Positions 61,031 to 64,000 of a DNA stretch of 64,000 nt are shown one piece after another (the stretch's first letter is position 1; each line of letters begins with the position of its first letter). The position numbers were made by a program, and so were the translations under genes. The DNA comes from Lama glama (Eukaryota): assembly GCA_028534125.1 (NCBI GenBank), contig CM052850.1, forward strand, positions 5,270,001 to 5,334,000, written 5' to 3'. The notes under the pieces were generated by a model that was not told the DNA's origin, did not search any database, and saw only the letters and a program-made list of their open reading frames with translations.

Positions 61031-62677
61031 AAAATGGCCTCAGACGTGGCTGGCTCTCCACGTCCACTCCTGGATGTATACTGGGGGCTGAATGGAGCAC
61101 TGGGCTTTGCTGGGCAGATCTGAAATGGACTTGTTAACCAAGTTTAGGGAGGGCAGGAGGGCAGGAGGGCAGGAGGCTGTATCAACACATCCTGGGTGTT
61201 TCAATTCATCCCAGGACCAAGGTGGACTGGCAGAGTTACTGGGAGGCCAACTCGGAGGAGCAGAGAGCAGGAGGTGAGTGGCAGGGCTCAGCTGCCTGGA
61301 GGCGAGAGAATGCAGGTGGGTTTGCTCTCCGGTGACAAATCTAAATCTCTATCTGCCTATTTTCCCATAGTGCCCACTGCTCGAACAATTCAGCATTTCA
61401 AAGAGGGGATGGTGGAGGAAGGAATTGGCAATTTAAGCATGAAAAATGTCATTTTGCTTCAGAGCAGACTGCCTTTCTATGCCCTGGCTCCTTTTGTGTG
61501 GTTTGGATTTAGGCATATCTGGAAGGTCATTTGCCCAATGCTAATAGCAAAGCTCACTGTACTTGCTTGTTATGAGATGTAATGGGACTTCCTTTCACTG
61601 GGAGAATAGCAGCCACCAGTGCCACTGATTGTTATTTTTCTGTCACCAAGAACCCCCGCCCCCACCACCCACAGCCCCACCCGAACCCCTGGATTTCCAC
61701 TTGTAAGTTTCTCTTTGAAACAATTGAAAATCCATTCGCTTTCCTCCCAATCCCATTCTGAGAGTCTTTTCCTGCTTTAGGTTGAAGGTCATTTGGCTTG
61801 GAAGAGAGATCCTTTTGTGTGCGTGCAGTTCGTTAATCTGGCTCTTTCCTCCTGCCAAATTCCTCAGTTTCTCTTGCTTTACTAAACACGGGCTGTGTTT
61901 CCACTCCTTTCTCCTTCAGATAGCATGCATTTAGTTCTCTGTTAACTTTGGGGAGCCGTGCATTCTGTACTTGATTATTTGCTGCTATTTTTTGTTAAAA
62001 AATTTTGGATACAACTTTAAAAGAGGGTTAGAATCTTACTTGATTTTTCTGTCTCCTTATAAAAAGCATTTTCCTTTTAAGAAGTCTTTGTTTTGTTTTA
62101 TCCCTGGCTTTTTGATTAGTGCCGTTGATCACTGCTACACTTGGGGTATTTGGAGGCCCAGGTGGGAGGTACCATGTTCTGAAACTGGTGAGAGTCTGGA
62201 ACACTGTTGTCTGTTGAAGACTCAACTTCTTCCCTCTCCGTGCTTTAAATATGGGGAGGAATGGAGAGCAGCATCACTCAGATGGATCTGGAATATGGTC
62301 AAGGTCTTTAGAGTTCTCCAAAGCTCCTTGAACAGAATAATATCTTTTTTTTTTTCCTTTTCTTGCCTTCTCAAATGAGGCTCAGACTGCCTTGCGCCTG
62401 GGCCATGGCTGGCACCCTCTGTAACTCCTTGCTGAGTTTCTCTTCCTGTTGTAGGATCCCCTGTAGTTTGACCAGCGAACTTAAGGAAACTCACTGCCTA
62501 CACATGGGAGGTGCGCAAAGCTTGGCCTGTGGTGTCTCTCTCCACCAAAGGCATTTCTAGCAATTTTCTAAAAAAAATTGGCTATGGGGGAAAATGAAGC
62601 TGTTCAGGAAAAGAAGTGATGGCCCAAAGGGCAGCCCACAACCTGAGATGTGGCTGTGGCTGTGGAAGAGGGATCGG

Positions 62678-63085
62678 ATTGGCTTAGTGGTTGTGAGGGG
62701 GTTTCCAAATCGGTCAGATTTGGGTTCCAATCCCCGGTCTGCCACTTCCTCAGCCTCCCTAAGCCTCTTTTCTTTATATGATGTGGGAATACTCATAGCA
62801 CCTCAACAGGTTATTGTGAGGGTCACATGAAATAATGCAGGCAAAGTTCTTAATATAGGGCCTGCAGCATGCCACGTGCTCAGTGGACGTCATCGCTAAG
62901 CTACAATTAAGATGCTGACTCTTAAGGCTGGGTGGTACCTTAGAGATCACGTACCCACTCCTCCCTCTTCCAGCTGAGCCCAGGCTCTCAGGCAGCTGTC
63001 CAGTCACCCAGCAAGTTGCTGACAGCAGCTTCTGTGAGAAGGCAGGTCTCCGGACTCCTGACCCAGCATGCTTTGTCGCGCAGTT
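62678..63085. mobile_element. MIR (+) followed by MIR (-)
   Basis: gatttgggttccaatccccggtctgccactt...aatactcatagcacctcaacaggttattgtgagg; ggtaccttagagatca...gtcacccagcaagtt...ggactcctgaccc. Confidence 0.75.
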
Positions 63086-64000
63086 GCAAGCCCTGGGCCT
63101 TCCACCCTATCCTGAGGTAGTGGTGGGTGGCGACACACCAGTTATTGTTAGCCAGTCATTCACTCAGTAAATACTTACTGAGAAGATGCAGTGACAAGAA
63201 GGTCCTATATTCAGCAATCCTATTGCATCATAGGGGAAATGAAATATGCACCAGGAACTAAAATTCAGAGCACAAGAATATAAAAAAGTGCCTTGGAGGG
63301 CAGAGAAAAGAGGTCACATAAAGCTGAAGAATAAGGTAACGCTCAGTGAACGCTTATTGGGCCCTTGTTACGTGCTGGGCACAATGGGGCATGTCATGTT
63401 AAGAGCAGGGACTGTCCCTTATTTATCTTTGTACGCTCAGCCGCAGCTGGCATCGCACGAGCACGTGGTAGGTAGACAGGAAGTCTTTGCAGGGGAATGA
63501 GTCACCTGGGTGTCTGTCCCCTGTCATTAGTCCAGAGGTCATGGGCAGGGCTAGTGGGCAGTACCACCATCTCTGCGGCTGCTTCCTCTTCTGCATGTTG
63601 CTGTCTTCAGTTGTGGGCCCGTAGGTGCCCACAATAGGACAGTGACCCTCAGACGCTGGTCCTGTGGTTGTCGCCGTAATTGCCCTGCCTTAGGGAGGAC
63701 GCTGCTCATAGGTGTCTGCCTTCCCCGGAGGACCATTCTCTCTTTTCCATCAAAGCCCTTCCCGTGGAGCCCGTCCTGCACTGCATGCCCGCAGCATTCT
63801 GTGCGGTGCTAATCTGATCAGCGGTTCCATTTTGTGGCCTTGCTGCCCAGCTTGGCTGCTTGTTAGCAAGCAAGCTGAGAGGTGTGAGCGGATTTCTAGT
63901 GGCTTCGGCTACCTTTGGCTGGAAGATCAAGAGGAATAGTGTGGGTAGATGTGCTTCTCAAATAATGCTCCCCCGAAACCTGTGTTGGCTGTCTTTGCGG

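Overview
Mammalian genomic DNA, very probably camelid (alpaca/llama/camel). The evidence is four tRNA-Ala(AGC)-derived SINEs of the Vic-1 type and several young LINE-1 3' tails of one lineage-type family. I find no protein-coding exon, RNA gene or CRISPR array that I can support. The six-frame ORFs are chance frames in repeats, microsatellites, low-complexity DNA or N-gaps. The window reads as intronic or intergenic DNA: dense ancient repeats (MIR, L2, old L1, hAT/Tigger/Mariner MITEs, MLT1/MLT2/LTR33), three younger ERV1-type solo LTRs, young SINE and L1 insertions with target-site duplications (TSDs), two assembly gaps, a CpG-island-like patch near 37.1-37.75 kb and several repeat-free TAAT-rich blocks that may be conserved enhancers. 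I see no new gene system. The most interesting signals are retrotransposition footprints: a polyadenylated LTR R-region retrocopy nested in an L1 tail nested in an L2, a short L1 3' transduction inside a SINE, a head-to-head pair of L1 tails, and an exact 47-bp templated copy of a MIR segment. Repeat family names come from my recall of consensus sequences, not from a database search. Boundaries of old repeats are approximate (tens of bp).
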